In this document: positions 18,139 through 26,463 of the stretch, in pieces
How positions within the stretch are numbered: position 1 is the stretch's first letter
Layout of the letters: every line of letters starts with the position of its first letter
Origin: Alphaproteobacteria bacterium
GTDB lineage: Bacteria; Pseudomonadota; Alphaproteobacteria; Bin95
Direction: 5' to 3'
DNA: 64,000 nt
NCBI GenBank assembly: GCA_965205265.1
Contig: CBDBGH010000003.1
Location: 4,032,001-4,096,000, forward strand
Position numbers and translations under genes: made by a program
Notes under the pieces: model-generated
What the model was told of the DNA's origin: nothing
Databases searched by the model: none
What the model saw: the letters and a program-made list of their open reading frames with translations, nothing else

Positions 18139-19833
18139 CCTAAATCCGGCGGTTGGAGGGCGTGATCGCCCTCTCGGCGCGGTTGGAATGGTCGATTTCG
18201 GGTTCGATTTCAGCACGCTGGCGCGGCCCGAGGGGGCGGCAGCCAGGGCTGACGGCCCGGCTCGCGGCCGTGGAGGTATTTTTTGAGCGCTTCGGCGAGG
18301 ATCCGGCGCCAGCGATCCTCGGCGCTCAACTGCTCCGCACTTTGCCTCACGGTCCGGAAGAAGCCGGCGATCCGCCGCAGGGCAGCAGCCACCGCCTCGC
18401 GCCGCCCGTGGTGGGAGGTCACCGTCAGCCGGGGCTGGCCGGCGTGCCAGGTCTGGCGGGCGACGCCGTGCAGCAGCAGCGGCCGGCTGGTGATCGCCTC
18501 GCGGTGGCGCTCGGGACCGGCGAGGCGGACGAAGAGGCTCCACCAGTCGTAGATGAGCGCGATCAGCCGGGCCATGTGGCGGCAGCGCGTCAGGTCGTGC
18601 GTGGTGAAGCCTCCCCAGCCCCACTGGTTCTTCAACTCGTCGAAGCCGTTCTCCGCGTCGGCCCGGTCGCGGTAGAGCTGGGCCACAGAGCGCACCTCCA
18701 GATCGAGCGAGGTGGCCAGCACCGCGAACTCCCATACCCCGGTGCCGGGCTGCGCCTCGGTCCAGAACAGCTCGCCCTGGGCGGTGTCGCCGCGCGTCAG
18801 CGCCAGTGTCGCCGGAAGCCGGCGGCGCAGAACCACGGCCCGGCGCAACCGGCTCCAGCCCTGCAAGCGCAGATCGGCCCCGATCCCCTGCCAGCCCTGG
18901 CCCGCATCCTCCCAGCCGTCCCGCGCCATCTGCCGCTCGGCAAGCCGGCGCGCGCCCCTGGTCAGGCGCAGCTTGAACAGATAGTCCAGACCCGCCGCCT
19001 CGCACGACGCCATGTTGCCCTCGCTGCCCCAGTCCTTGTCCCCCCGCACCAGGCGCGGCCAGCGGTCCCGGCCGAGACGGTCCAGCAAAGCCCACAAGGA
19101 CGGCGCCGCCCGGTTCGAGCGGTGATGATTGCCCGGCGCAACCTCGACATCCAGAACCAGCCGCGTGCCCGCCATCAGGAACGCATGGCAGGCGTGCGAG
19201 GGACGGCCCGGCTTCTTCGGGTTGTAGCTCACCACCGCCCCCTCCTGGCGGCCGTAGAGCGGCTTGATCGTCGTGTCGCAGTCCAGAACCCAAGGCTCGC
19301 TCAGCAGCGGGCGGACCGTGTCGTCGAGATGGCCCTGAAGCCACGTTGTGCCCTCATCCGCCCCGGTCCGCTCCAGACCGCGCCGGACCGAATCCTCGCT
19401 CGCGACCTTGCCCATCCCCAACAGCGCCGGGTTCACCCCGTCCCCGCGCAGCGCCGTGATGTGCGCATGGCGAGACTGGCCCGCCAGAACCGAAAGCAGC
19501 ACCGTCCCCAGAACGTCCCGCTTCGAAGGCGCGTTCGGGCTCGTGTAGACGAGCGGGCAGTCCGCCACCAGCGCCTCGAAGCGACCGCTCACCTTCAGAT
19601 ATTCCGCGAAGAACGCCAGATGGCCAAGCGGCGTCACCGCCGCATCCGGGTCCCATTCGACGTGAACCGTGCCGCCGAAGGTGTCCACCTTCACAGCCTC
19701 GCAGGCGAGGTCCCGCACAGCGCCAGAACCCTCACCCGCAGGGTGACCCTCTCGGCCCCATCCAAATCCGCTCATACCCGCAGTCTACAAGGGCCACGGC
19801 GAATCCAGACCCCGATCAACTGCCGGATTTAGG
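18139..19833 (-). mobile_element. IS1380-family insertion sequence (1695 bp)
   Basis: IRs CCTAAATCCGGCGGTTG (18139-18155) and CAACTGCCGGATTTAGG (19817-19833), 16/17 match; single transposase. Confidence 0.88.
18210..19775 (-). CDS. IS1380-family DDE transposase
   Basis: LD.DTT..PLYG.QEG...YNP.K.GRPS, VRGD..WG, Y..RA.AEN.F.ELK. Confidence 0.88.
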   Translation of the reverse strand: MSGFGWGREGHPAGEGSGAVRDLACEAVKVDTFGGTVHVEWDPDAAVTPLGHLAFFAEYLKVSGRFEALVADCPLVYTSPNAPSKRDVLGTVLLSVLAGQSRHAHITALRGDGVNPALLGMGKVASEDSVRRGLERTGADEGTTWLQGHLDDTVRPLLSEPWVLDCDTTIKPLYGRQEGAVVSYNPKKPGRPSHACHAFLMAGTRLVLDVEVAPGNHHRSNRAAPSLWALLDRLGRDRWPRLVRGDKDWGSEGNMASCEAAGLDYLFKLRLTRGARRLAERQMARDGWEDAGQGWQGIGADLRLQGWSRLRRAVVLRRRLPATLALTRGDTAQGELFWTEAQPGTGVWEFAVLATSLDLEVRSVAQLYRDRADAENGFDELKNQWGWGGFTTHDLTRCRHMARLIALIYDWWSLFVRLAGPERHREAITSRPLLLHGVARQTWHAGQPRLTVTSHHGRREAVAAALRRIAGFFRTVRQSAEQLSAEDRWRRILAEALKKYLHGREPGRQPWLPPPRAAPAC

Positions 19834-19838
19834 ATTAC

Positions 19839-19985
19839 ATCTCGCGCATCGCGCCGACGGCGCTCATATTCAGCCCCTGCATCGGCGGCATCACCCACAA
19901 CGAGGCCGAAGACATCCCCTGGGAGCCGACCGTCGAGGCGGTCAATGTGCTGCTCGACGCCGTGCTTGCCCGCGCGGACCGGTAG
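19839..19985 (+). pseudogene. 3' part of the interrupted M20 hydrolase
   Basis: Reads ISRIAPTALIFSPCIGGITHNEAEDIPWEPTVEAVNVLLDAVLARADR*, the conserved C-terminus following AGHDA. Confidence 0.9.
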
Positions 19986-19996
19986 GGCGCCCGGGC

Positions 19997-20401
19997 CTAC
20001 AGGTAGTTCGAGACCTCGACGAGATTGCCGTCCGGGTCGCGGAAATAGACCGAGCGGATGGGGCCGAGCGCGCCGCTGCGCTCCGAGGGCGGGGTTTCGA
20101 TTTCGACGCCGCAGGCTTCCAGATGCGCGATGACCTCCTCCAGCGGCGTTTCCGCGATGAGGCAGAAATCCTCGCCGCCGCAGCGCGGATCGCGGGCGCG
20201 GTACCAGTCCGTATTGTCGGGATGCAGGTTGATCTTCTGCCGGCCGAAGCGGAGCGCCTTGCGCACGATGCCGTCTTGGCCGATGCCGTCCCGTCCGAAG
20301 CTGACGACCTCCATGCCGAGCGCCTTCGCGTAGAAGTCGCATGTGGCCTCGACATCCTTCACCCGCATCACGAAATGGTCCAGCCGCTCTATCCGTATCA
20401 T
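19997..20401 (-). CDS. VOC/glyoxalase family protein
   Basis: LDH.V..V.D.EATC.FY...LGM, QKINLH, GALGPIRSVYFRDPDGNL.E. Confidence 0.9.
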   Translation of the reverse strand: MIRIERLDHFVMRVKDVEATCDFYAKALGMEVVSFGRDGIGQDGIVRKALRFGRQKINLHPDNTDWYRARDPRCGGEDFCLIAETPLEEVIAHLEACGVEIETPPSERSGALGPIRSVYFRDPDGNLVEVSNYL

Positions 20402-20414
20402 CGCCGCCTCCGCT

Positions 20415-22049
20415 CTACTCCGGATTGCTTTCGAACCCGTCCAGCCGGTCGCGCTCGGCCAGTTCGGCGTTGCGCTCGGCGACCGGGCCGTAACCGCCCC
20501 CGCCGCCGGTGCGGACGATGAGCCGGTCGCCGCGGCTGAGCGGGAATTGCTGCTTCGAGCGGAGCGGAATCCGCTGTCCGCCGCGCTCGACGAGGGTTTC
20601 CGCCTTCGCGCCGGGGCCGCCGCCGAACAGGCCTTGCGCGGCGAAGCGGAACCGGTCTCCGTAAGTCGCGAAGGTCACGCCGTCGTCGAGAATCCGGTAG
20701 ATGCGCTGGAAGCCCATGCCGCCGCGCTGGCGCCCGCCGCCGCCCGAGGCAGCGCGCAGGCTGTAATCCTCGACCCGGAAGAACGGATAGTCGCTCTCCA
20801 TCGCCTCGATCGGGATATTCGAGCAGTTGGACAGCATCGAGTCCACCGCGTCGCAGCCGTCATTGCCGGGGCCCGCCCCGTAGCCGCCGCCGAAGATTTC
20901 CAGATAGATGTTGTAGCCGCGATCATGCTTGTGGCTGATGCAGCTCACCGTGGTCGTGTCGAAGCCGGGCGCGATCACCCTCTCCGGCACCGCGCCGGCA
21001 AGCGCATTCATCACCGCATTCACCACCCGGTAGCTCGGCAGCAGGCGGGCCCGCACCGGCGCGGGCGGGCGCGGATTGACGAGGCAGCCATAGGGCGCGG
21101 TCACCGAAATCGCGCGTTCCGCGCCCTCGTTGAACGGGATGTCGGGGTCCGTCAGCACCGCCTTGATGCAGGCGATGGCCGAGGAGACGGTGGAGGCGAA
21201 GGGGCTGTTCATGTTGGTGGCGACCTGCGGGGCGGTGCCCTCGAAATCCACCGCGATCGAATCCCCTTCGATGGTGAGCAGGGCCCGGACCGGCACGGGG
21301 TCCTCGCCCCGGCCGTCATCGTCGAGCCACGCCTCGCCCCGGTAGCTGCCGTCGGGCGCGGCCGCAATCGCGGCCCGGATGCGCCGCTCGGAATAGTCGA
21401 GCATTTCGTCCATGGCCGCGAACACCGTGTCCCGCCCGAATTTGCGGCAGAGGCCCTTCAGCCGTTCGCCGCCCACGGCATTGGCGGCGAATTGCGCGTT
21501 GATGTCGCCGATGGTGGCCTCCGGCATGCGCACATTGGCGCGCACCAGCCGCTCGAACGGGCCACCGTTCCAGTCCCGCTTGACCGACCAGCGGCTCGGC
21601 GGGAAGGTGATGCCCTCCTCGTGCACGTCGCCGGCATCCGGATTGAGGCCGGGCGCGCCGCCGCCGAGGTCTATGTGGTGGACCACCGTGGCCGTCACCC
21701 CGACCAGCGCGCCCTCCAGGAAGATCGGCGAGAACAGGAAGATGTCCGGCAGGTGCTGGCCGCCGGCATAGGGGTCGTTGTTGACGAGGAAATCCCCCTC
21801 CCGGAGCGTTTCCAGCGGGTGGTGCTCCAGGCAGGCGCGGAAGGTGTGCGTGACGGAGCCGAGCTGGATGGGGATGAGGTCGGCCTGGGCCACGACCCGC
21901 CCCTTGCGGTCGAGAATGGCGGCCGAGCAGTCCTGGGCCTCGCGCACCACCGGGGAATGGGCCGAGCGGATGAGCTTGATCCCCATCTCGTCGGCGGCCG
22001 CGACCAGCGCCTGGGTGATGACGGCCTGATCGACCGGCGAAACCTTCAT
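20415..22049 (-). CDS. hydantoinase B / oxoprolinase family subunit
   Basis: RSA.S.VVRE..D.S.A, NDPY.GG.HLPD, GG.G..RGG.G, T.GGGGYG. Confidence 0.9.
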   Translation of the reverse strand: MKVSPVDQAVITQALVAAADEMGIKLIRSAHSPVVREAQDCSAAILDRKGRVVAQADLIPIQLGSVTHTFRACLEHHPLETLREGDFLVNNDPYAGGQHLPDIFLFSPIFLEGALVGVTATVVHHIDLGGGAPGLNPDAGDVHEEGITFPPSRWSVKRDWNGGPFERLVRANVRMPEATIGDINAQFAANAVGGERLKGLCRKFGRDTVFAAMDEMLDYSERRIRAAIAAAPDGSYRGEAWLDDDGRGEDPVPVRALLTIEGDSIAVDFEGTAPQVATNMNSPFASTVSSAIACIKAVLTDPDIPFNEGAERAISVTAPYGCLVNPRPPAPVRARLLPSYRVVNAVMNALAGAVPERVIAPGFDTTTVSCISHKHDRGYNIYLEIFGGGYGAGPGNDGCDAVDSMLSNCSNIPIEAMESDYPFFRVEDYSLRAASGGGGRQRGGMGFQRIYRILDDGVTFATYGDRFRFAAQGLFGGGPGAKAETLVERGGQRIPLRSKQQFPLSRGDRLIVRTGGGGGYGPVAERNAELAERDRLDGFESNPE

Positions 22050-24067
22050 GGGCCTGCCCCTTTCCTCAGGATGGCATTGCCGTGCCCGTCCGCGGCGGCC
22101 GTCCAGCCCGGCGGCGCGTAGATCGTCGCGCTGCCGTCGTCGATCAGCAGCGGCCCCGTCATGGCGTCCGGGCCGAGTTCGGAGCGGGTGAGCAGCCCGG
22201 CCTCGAGCGCCGCGCCGCGTTCGGTCAGCGCGGCCGTGCGGAGCGCGGCGCGGCCGTTCGCCGGCGCCCGGCCCATCGCCGGCATGGGCGGCGGCGGCGC
22301 CCGCACGCCCACCCGGAAGGACACCACCTCGACCGGGTCCCCATGCGGCTTCGCGAACTCGAACACGCGCCTGTGCGCTTCGGCGAACGACGCGGCGAGC
22401 TCCTCGGCCAGCAAACAGCCGAGGTCCATGCCGGAGAGTGAAACCGGGACTTCGAAGGCCTGACCCAGATAGCGCATCTCCAGCACCCGGTCGAAATCCG
22501 CCGCCGCCTCGATCCCCAATCCGGCCAGATAGTCCCGCGCTTCCGCCTGCAGAGCCTCCACGGTCTCGCGGATGGCGCCCATATTGGCCTCCGAGACCGC
22601 GAGCCGCCGGGTCCGGGTGCGGTAATGCACATGGTCCGAGAGCAGCAGGCCGGAGGCGGAGAGCACGCCGGCATGGGGCGGCACGACGACGGTGCCGATG
22701 GCGAGGTCTTCGGCCACTCTTGCCGCATGCAGCGGCCCCGCGCCGCCATAGGGCACCAGCACATAGTCGCGCGGGTCGCGCCCGCGTTCGGTGGAGACCC
22801 GCTGGATGGCGCGCACGATACTCACTTCCGCGAGCCGGACCACGCTGTCGGCGACCTCCTCGACCGCGAGGCCGAACCGGGCGGCCAGCGGCTCCAGCGC
22901 CCGGCGGGCCGCCTCCGGGTCCACCGCCATGCGCCCGCCGAGAAAGGCGTCCGCCCGGAGCGTGCCGCGCACGAGATGGGCGTCCGTCACCGTCGGCCGG
23001 TCGCCGCCGCGCCCGTAGCAGGCCGGCCCCGGCGCCGCCCCGGCGGAGTGCGGGCCGACGCGCAGCAGGCCGCCGTCATCGACCCAGGCGATGGAGCCGC
23101 CGCCGGCCCCGACCGTCACGATGTCGATCACCGGCGTCTTCACCGGCAGGCCGTCGATCCGGGTCATGGAGGCAAGCTCGGGCCGGCCGTCGGCGATCAG
23201 CGCCACATCGGTGCTGGTGCCGCCCATGTCGAGCGTAATCAGGTCGCGGAAGCCTGCGCCGGCCACGCTGCGCACTGCGCCGACCGCGCCTGCCGCAGGA
23301 CCGGAGAACAGCGCGGAGATGGCGTTGCGCTCCATGGCCTCGGCCGGCATCCGCCCGCCATTGGACTGCATGATCGAAAACCGCCCGGCGAAGCCCCGCC
23401 CGGCGAGCGCGGCCGAGAACCGGCTGACATATCCCGCCATGACCGGCTGCACATAGGCAGCCAGCGCTGCCGTCGAGGCGCGCTCATATTCCCGGAATTC
23501 CCGCGTGACATCGCTCGAGCAGGTGACCGGCAGCGCCGGCGCCGCCTCGCGGACGATCGCCGCGACCGCCCGTTCGTGGTCCGGATTGGCGTAGGCATGC
23601 AGGAAGCAGACCGCCGCCGCTTCGTATCCGCCCCCCGCCAGCGCCTGCCGGACGAGGCGGGCCGTGGCGGCGCGGTCCGGCGCCTTGAGCACCTTGCCGT
23701 CGGCTGCAATGCGCTCGTCGATCTCGAACACGTCGCGCCGCGCCACGACAGGCTCGGGCTTGCGGTAGCGCAGGTCGTAGATCGCGTCCTTGTCGTGGCG
23801 CTGGAGCAGCAGCAGGTCGCGGGTTCCCCTGGTCACGAACAGGCAGACCGCGGCGCCCTTGCGTTCGAGCACGGCATTGGTCGCCACGGTCGAGCCGTGA
23901 ACGAGCTCTTCGATGTCCGCCGGGTCGAGGCCGGCCGCGTCGAGCGCGTGCATGGCGCCGAGATCGGGGCTGGCCGGCGTGCTCGGCACCTTCGCCGTCA
24001 GCACGGTCCCGCCCCCGACCGCCACCAGGTCGGTGAAGGTTCCGCCTGTTTCAATGCCGACGCGCAT
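22046..24067 (-). CDS. hydantoinase A / oxoprolinase family subunit
   Basis: GGTFTD, HGSTVATNA.LE.KG, SGPA.G, DMGGTSTD, GAGGGS, PGPACYG.GG. Confidence 0.9.
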   Translation of the reverse strand: MRVGIETGGTFTDLVAVGGGTVLTAKVPSTPASPDLGAMHALDAAGLDPADIEELVHGSTVATNAVLERKGAAVCLFVTRGTRDLLLLQRHDKDAIYDLRYRKPEPVVARRDVFEIDERIAADGKVLKAPDRAATARLVRQALAGGGYEAAAVCFLHAYANPDHERAVAAIVREAAPALPVTCSSDVTREFREYERASTAALAAYVQPVMAGYVSRFSAALAGRGFAGRFSIMQSNGGRMPAEAMERNAISALFSGPAAGAVGAVRSVAGAGFRDLITLDMGGTSTDVALIADGRPELASMTRIDGLPVKTPVIDIVTVGAGGGSIAWVDDGGLLRVGPHSAGAAPGPACYGRGGDRPTVTDAHLVRGTLRADAFLGGRMAVDPEAARRALEPLAARFGLAVEEVADSVVRLAEVSIVRAIQRVSTERGRDPRDYVLVPYGGAGPLHAARVAEDLAIGTVVVPPHAGVLSASGLLLSDHVHYRTRTRRLAVSEANMGAIRETVEALQAEARDYLAGLGIEAAADFDRVLEMRYLGQAFEVPVSLSGMDLGCLLAEELAASFAEAHRRVFEFAKPHGDPVEVVSFRVGVRAPPPPMPAMGRAPANGRAALRTAALTERGAALEAGLLTRSELGPDAMTGPLLIDDGSATIYAPPGWTAAADGHGNAILRKGAGP

Positions 24068-24141
24068 GCCCGCTCCCGGTTTTCGCCGTCCCCTCTGACG
24101 GGCTAGAGTGCATCCGCGCACGCGGGAAGGGAAGGCAGGGA

Positions 24142-25002
24142 GTGAAGGCGCCGCGCTTCTGCTATGTCCGGCCGGACAGCCTCGACGGCGTCCTGCAGCT
24201 TCTTGCGGAGCATGGGGACGAGGCCCGCATCCTCGCCGGCGGCCAGAGCCTGGTGCCGGCGCTGAACATGCGGCTCTCCGAGCCCGGCCTCCTGATCGAC
24301 ATCAACCGCATCGACGCGCTGAAGGGCATCTCGCTGGAGGACGGGACGGTGAGGATCGGCGCGCTGGCCCGCCATGCCGAGGTGCTGGCGTCGCCGCTTG
24401 TAGCCCGGCATCTGCCGCTGATTGCGAACGCCATGCCCCATGTCGCCCATGCCGCGGTCCGCAACCGCGGCACCTTCGGCGGCAGCATCGCGCTCGCCGA
24501 CCCCGCCGCCGAACTGCCGGCCTGCGCGGTGGCGCTCGACGCCGCTTTCGTGCTGGCGAGCCGGCGCGGGCGGCGGACGGTCCCCGCGCGGTCCTTCTTC
24601 CACGGGCTCTACGAGACCGCGCTCGCCGAGGACGAGCTTCTGGTGGAGGCCCGCATCCCGGTCCTCGCCCCCGGCTACCGGTCGTCGTTTCTGGAATTCG
24701 CCCGGCGCCACGGCGACTTTGCGCTCGCCGGCGTCTGCTGCCACGCCCGTGTCGAAGGCGGCGTGCTGAGCGATGTCAGCCTGGCCTGTTTCGGCGGCGA
24801 GGACCGGCCCCGGCTCGCCGCCGCCGCCTCGGCCGCCGCGGAAGGCAAGGCATGGTCGGAGGAGGTGAAGGACGCGGTGAAAGACGCGCTCGGCGGCGAG
24901 CTCGACCCCGCAGGCAGCTTCCATGCCTCGGCTGAAACCCGTGTACATCTGGCGCAGGTGCTGGCGGCGCGCGCGATGGACCGCATGGTCGCGGCAGGCT
25001 GA
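24142..25002 (+). CDS. xanthine/CO dehydrogenase family FAD subunit (CoxM-like)
   Basis: LAGGQSL.P.LNMRL, VRNRGTFGGS...ADPAAE, RRHGDFA. Confidence 0.9.
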   Translation: MKAPRFCYVRPDSLDGVLQLLAEHGDEARILAGGQSLVPALNMRLSEPGLLIDINRIDALKGISLEDGTVRIGALARHAEVLASPLVARHLPLIANAMPHVAHAAVRNRGTFGGSIALADPAAELPACAVALDAAFVLASRRGRRTVPARSFFHGLYETALAEDELLVEARIPVLAPGYRSSFLEFARRHGDFALAGVCCHARVEGGVLSDVSLACFGGEDRPRLAAAASAAAEGKAWSEEVKDAVKDALGGELDPAGSFHASAETRVHLAQVLAARAMDRMVAAG

Positions 25003-25055
25003 GAGGGCGTTCGATACTGGCGGTCGTCGGTCGGAACCGATAGCGACGGGGGCCC

Positions 25056-25439
25056 CTATTGTCGCCCCGGCCCTTCGCTCGTCGAGCCGCCGGAACCGCC
25101 GCCTCCGCCGTCGTTTTCCAGAAAAGCGAGTCGGTCCACCAAAAGCGGCAAATCGTTCTGGACGGTATCCCAAAGAATATCCAGGTCGATATTGAAGTAT
25201 CCATGGACCAACCGATGCCGCATGCCGGTAATGGCCTCGAAGTCCACAGGCAATTGCGCTTGTCGTCTCCTGCTTACGTTGTAGGCGGCCTCGCCGATAA
25301 TTTCGACGAGCTTCACCAGCGCCAGCTCCAGCTGACGATTCTCTTCGAGAGTCCGGCGCTCGACGCCCCGGCACATTTCCATGGCCTCAAGCGCGGCATC
25401 GCGCATATGCCTCAGTCTTGTCTCATCGTCGATATGCAA
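25056..25439 (-). CDS. HepT/DUF86 HEPN ribonuclease toxin
   Basis: L.HM.DA, EIIGEAA, RHRLVHGY (RX4H) motif intact. Confidence 0.85.
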   Translation of the reverse strand: MHIDDETRLRHMRDAALEAMEMCRGVERRTLEENRQLELALVKLVEIIGEAAYNVSRRRQAQLPVDFEAITGMRHRLVHGYFNIDLDILWDTVQNDLPLLVDRLAFLENDGGGGGSGGSTSEGPGRQ

Positions 25440-25464
25440 GAGCGAACAGGCCCCGTGTCCGCCG

Positions 25465-25818
25465 TCAATTCGGCGTGGGAGACGAAACCGCCTCGTCCTT
25501 CAGGTCGACCAGGAGGCGAGCTTCTCTCTCCACCCTGGCCCGGATATAGGGGCTAAGGTCGCCCCTGGTCCTCAGGTCCACCTTCCGGCCGCCGAAAAGC
25601 GGGGACAGGTCCAATTCGAGGCGGGCCACACCGATCAGGCCGATCCTGGTTTCCGGGCGAAACTCGACCAGCAGGTCGATGTCGCTGGCGGCATGGAAGT
25701 CGCTGCGCAGCGCCGACCCGAACAGCGCCAGCGTCGCGATTCCACGGTCCCGGCAAAAGGCGGAAAGATCGCCCGGGCCGGGGACATGCGGGTGCTGACG
25801 AGGCGGCGCCGGCTCCAT
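25465..25818 (-). CDS. MNT nucleotidyltransferase antitoxin
   Basis: LFGSALR.DF...SDIDLLVEF, G.KVDL; upstream of HepT. Confidence 0.85.
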   Translation of the reverse strand: MEPAPPRQHPHVPGPGDLSAFCRDRGIATLALFGSALRSDFHAASDIDLLVEFRPETRIGLIGVARLELDLSPLFGGRKVDLRTRGDLSPYIRARVEREARLLVDLKDEAVSSPTPN

Positions 25819-25983
25819 GGCTTTGTCCTGCCTCCTGCAAGAGTTCCCCATTATACCGTTGGGGAGCGGAAGCTGTGAAGGCCGTCCCCCCGACTGCCGG
25901 CGGACAATACAAGGGCCGTAATTGCGGAGCATCGGCCATGCCTCAATGCTATTCTCAAACGGAAGCTGAGAGGGGGCGGAGGG

Positions 25984-26463
25984 ATGGACGAGGCCGCCGA
26001 CATTGCGCTTACCGTCAACGGCGAAGCGGTTTCCGGGCGCGTCGAGGCGCGGCGGCACCTGGTGGACTTCCTGCGGCTCGATCTCGGCCTCACCGGGTCC
26101 CATCTCGGCTGCGAGCACGGCGTCTGTGGGGCTTGCACGGTCCGGGTGGACGGCGCCATCGTCCGCGGCTGCCTGATGCTGGCCGTCCAGGCCGACGGGG
26201 CGGATGTGTGGACGATCGAGGGCCTGTCGGACACGGGTGGGATCGCCGACCTCCAGGACGCCTTCGTGGCGCGCAATGCGCTCCAGTGCGGCTATTGCAC
26301 GCCCGGCATGCTGCTGACCGCGGCGGAGATGCTGAAGGCCGGCCGCAGGATGACGCGGCGGGAAATCCGGGAGTTCCTTTCCGGCAATTTCTGCCGCTGC
26401 ACCGGCTATCACGCCATTGTCGATGCCATAGAGGCGGTCATGGCGGAGCGTTTCCGTGACTGA
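25984..26463 (+). CDS. (2Fe-2S) subunit (CoxS-like)
   Basis: GCEHGVCGACTV, QCGYCTPG, GNFCRCTGY. Confidence 0.92.
   Translation: MDEAADIALTVNGEAVSGRVEARRHLVDFLRLDLGLTGSHLGCEHGVCGACTVRVDGAIVRGCLMLAVQADGADVWTIEGLSDTGGIADLQDAFVARNALQCGYCTPGMLLTAAEMLKAGRRMTRREIREFLSGNFCRCTGYHAIVDAIEAVMAERFRD

Larger units (their letters stand above)
8895..19833 (-). mobile_element. IS1380-driven transposition unit carrying a type I-C CRISPR-Cas locus
   Basis: ATTAC at 8890-8894 and 19834-19838; right end is the IS IRL; left end CCGAAATACGACAG matches the IR CCTAAATCCGGCAG at 11/14; removal restores the hydrolase frame. Confidence 0.85.

Noticed and set aside
8895-19833. CRISPR-associated transposon (RNA-guided transposition)
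   Set aside because: No tnsB, tnsC or tniQ; cas5 and most of cas8 are missing; the transposases are ordinary IS enzymes inserted in repeats; no spacer visibly matches the target site.
8895-19833. Integrase-mediated island or composite transposon
   Set aside because: The integrase lacks its catalytic domain and is cut by the boundary; there is no tRNA att site and no second IS1380 copy at the left end.
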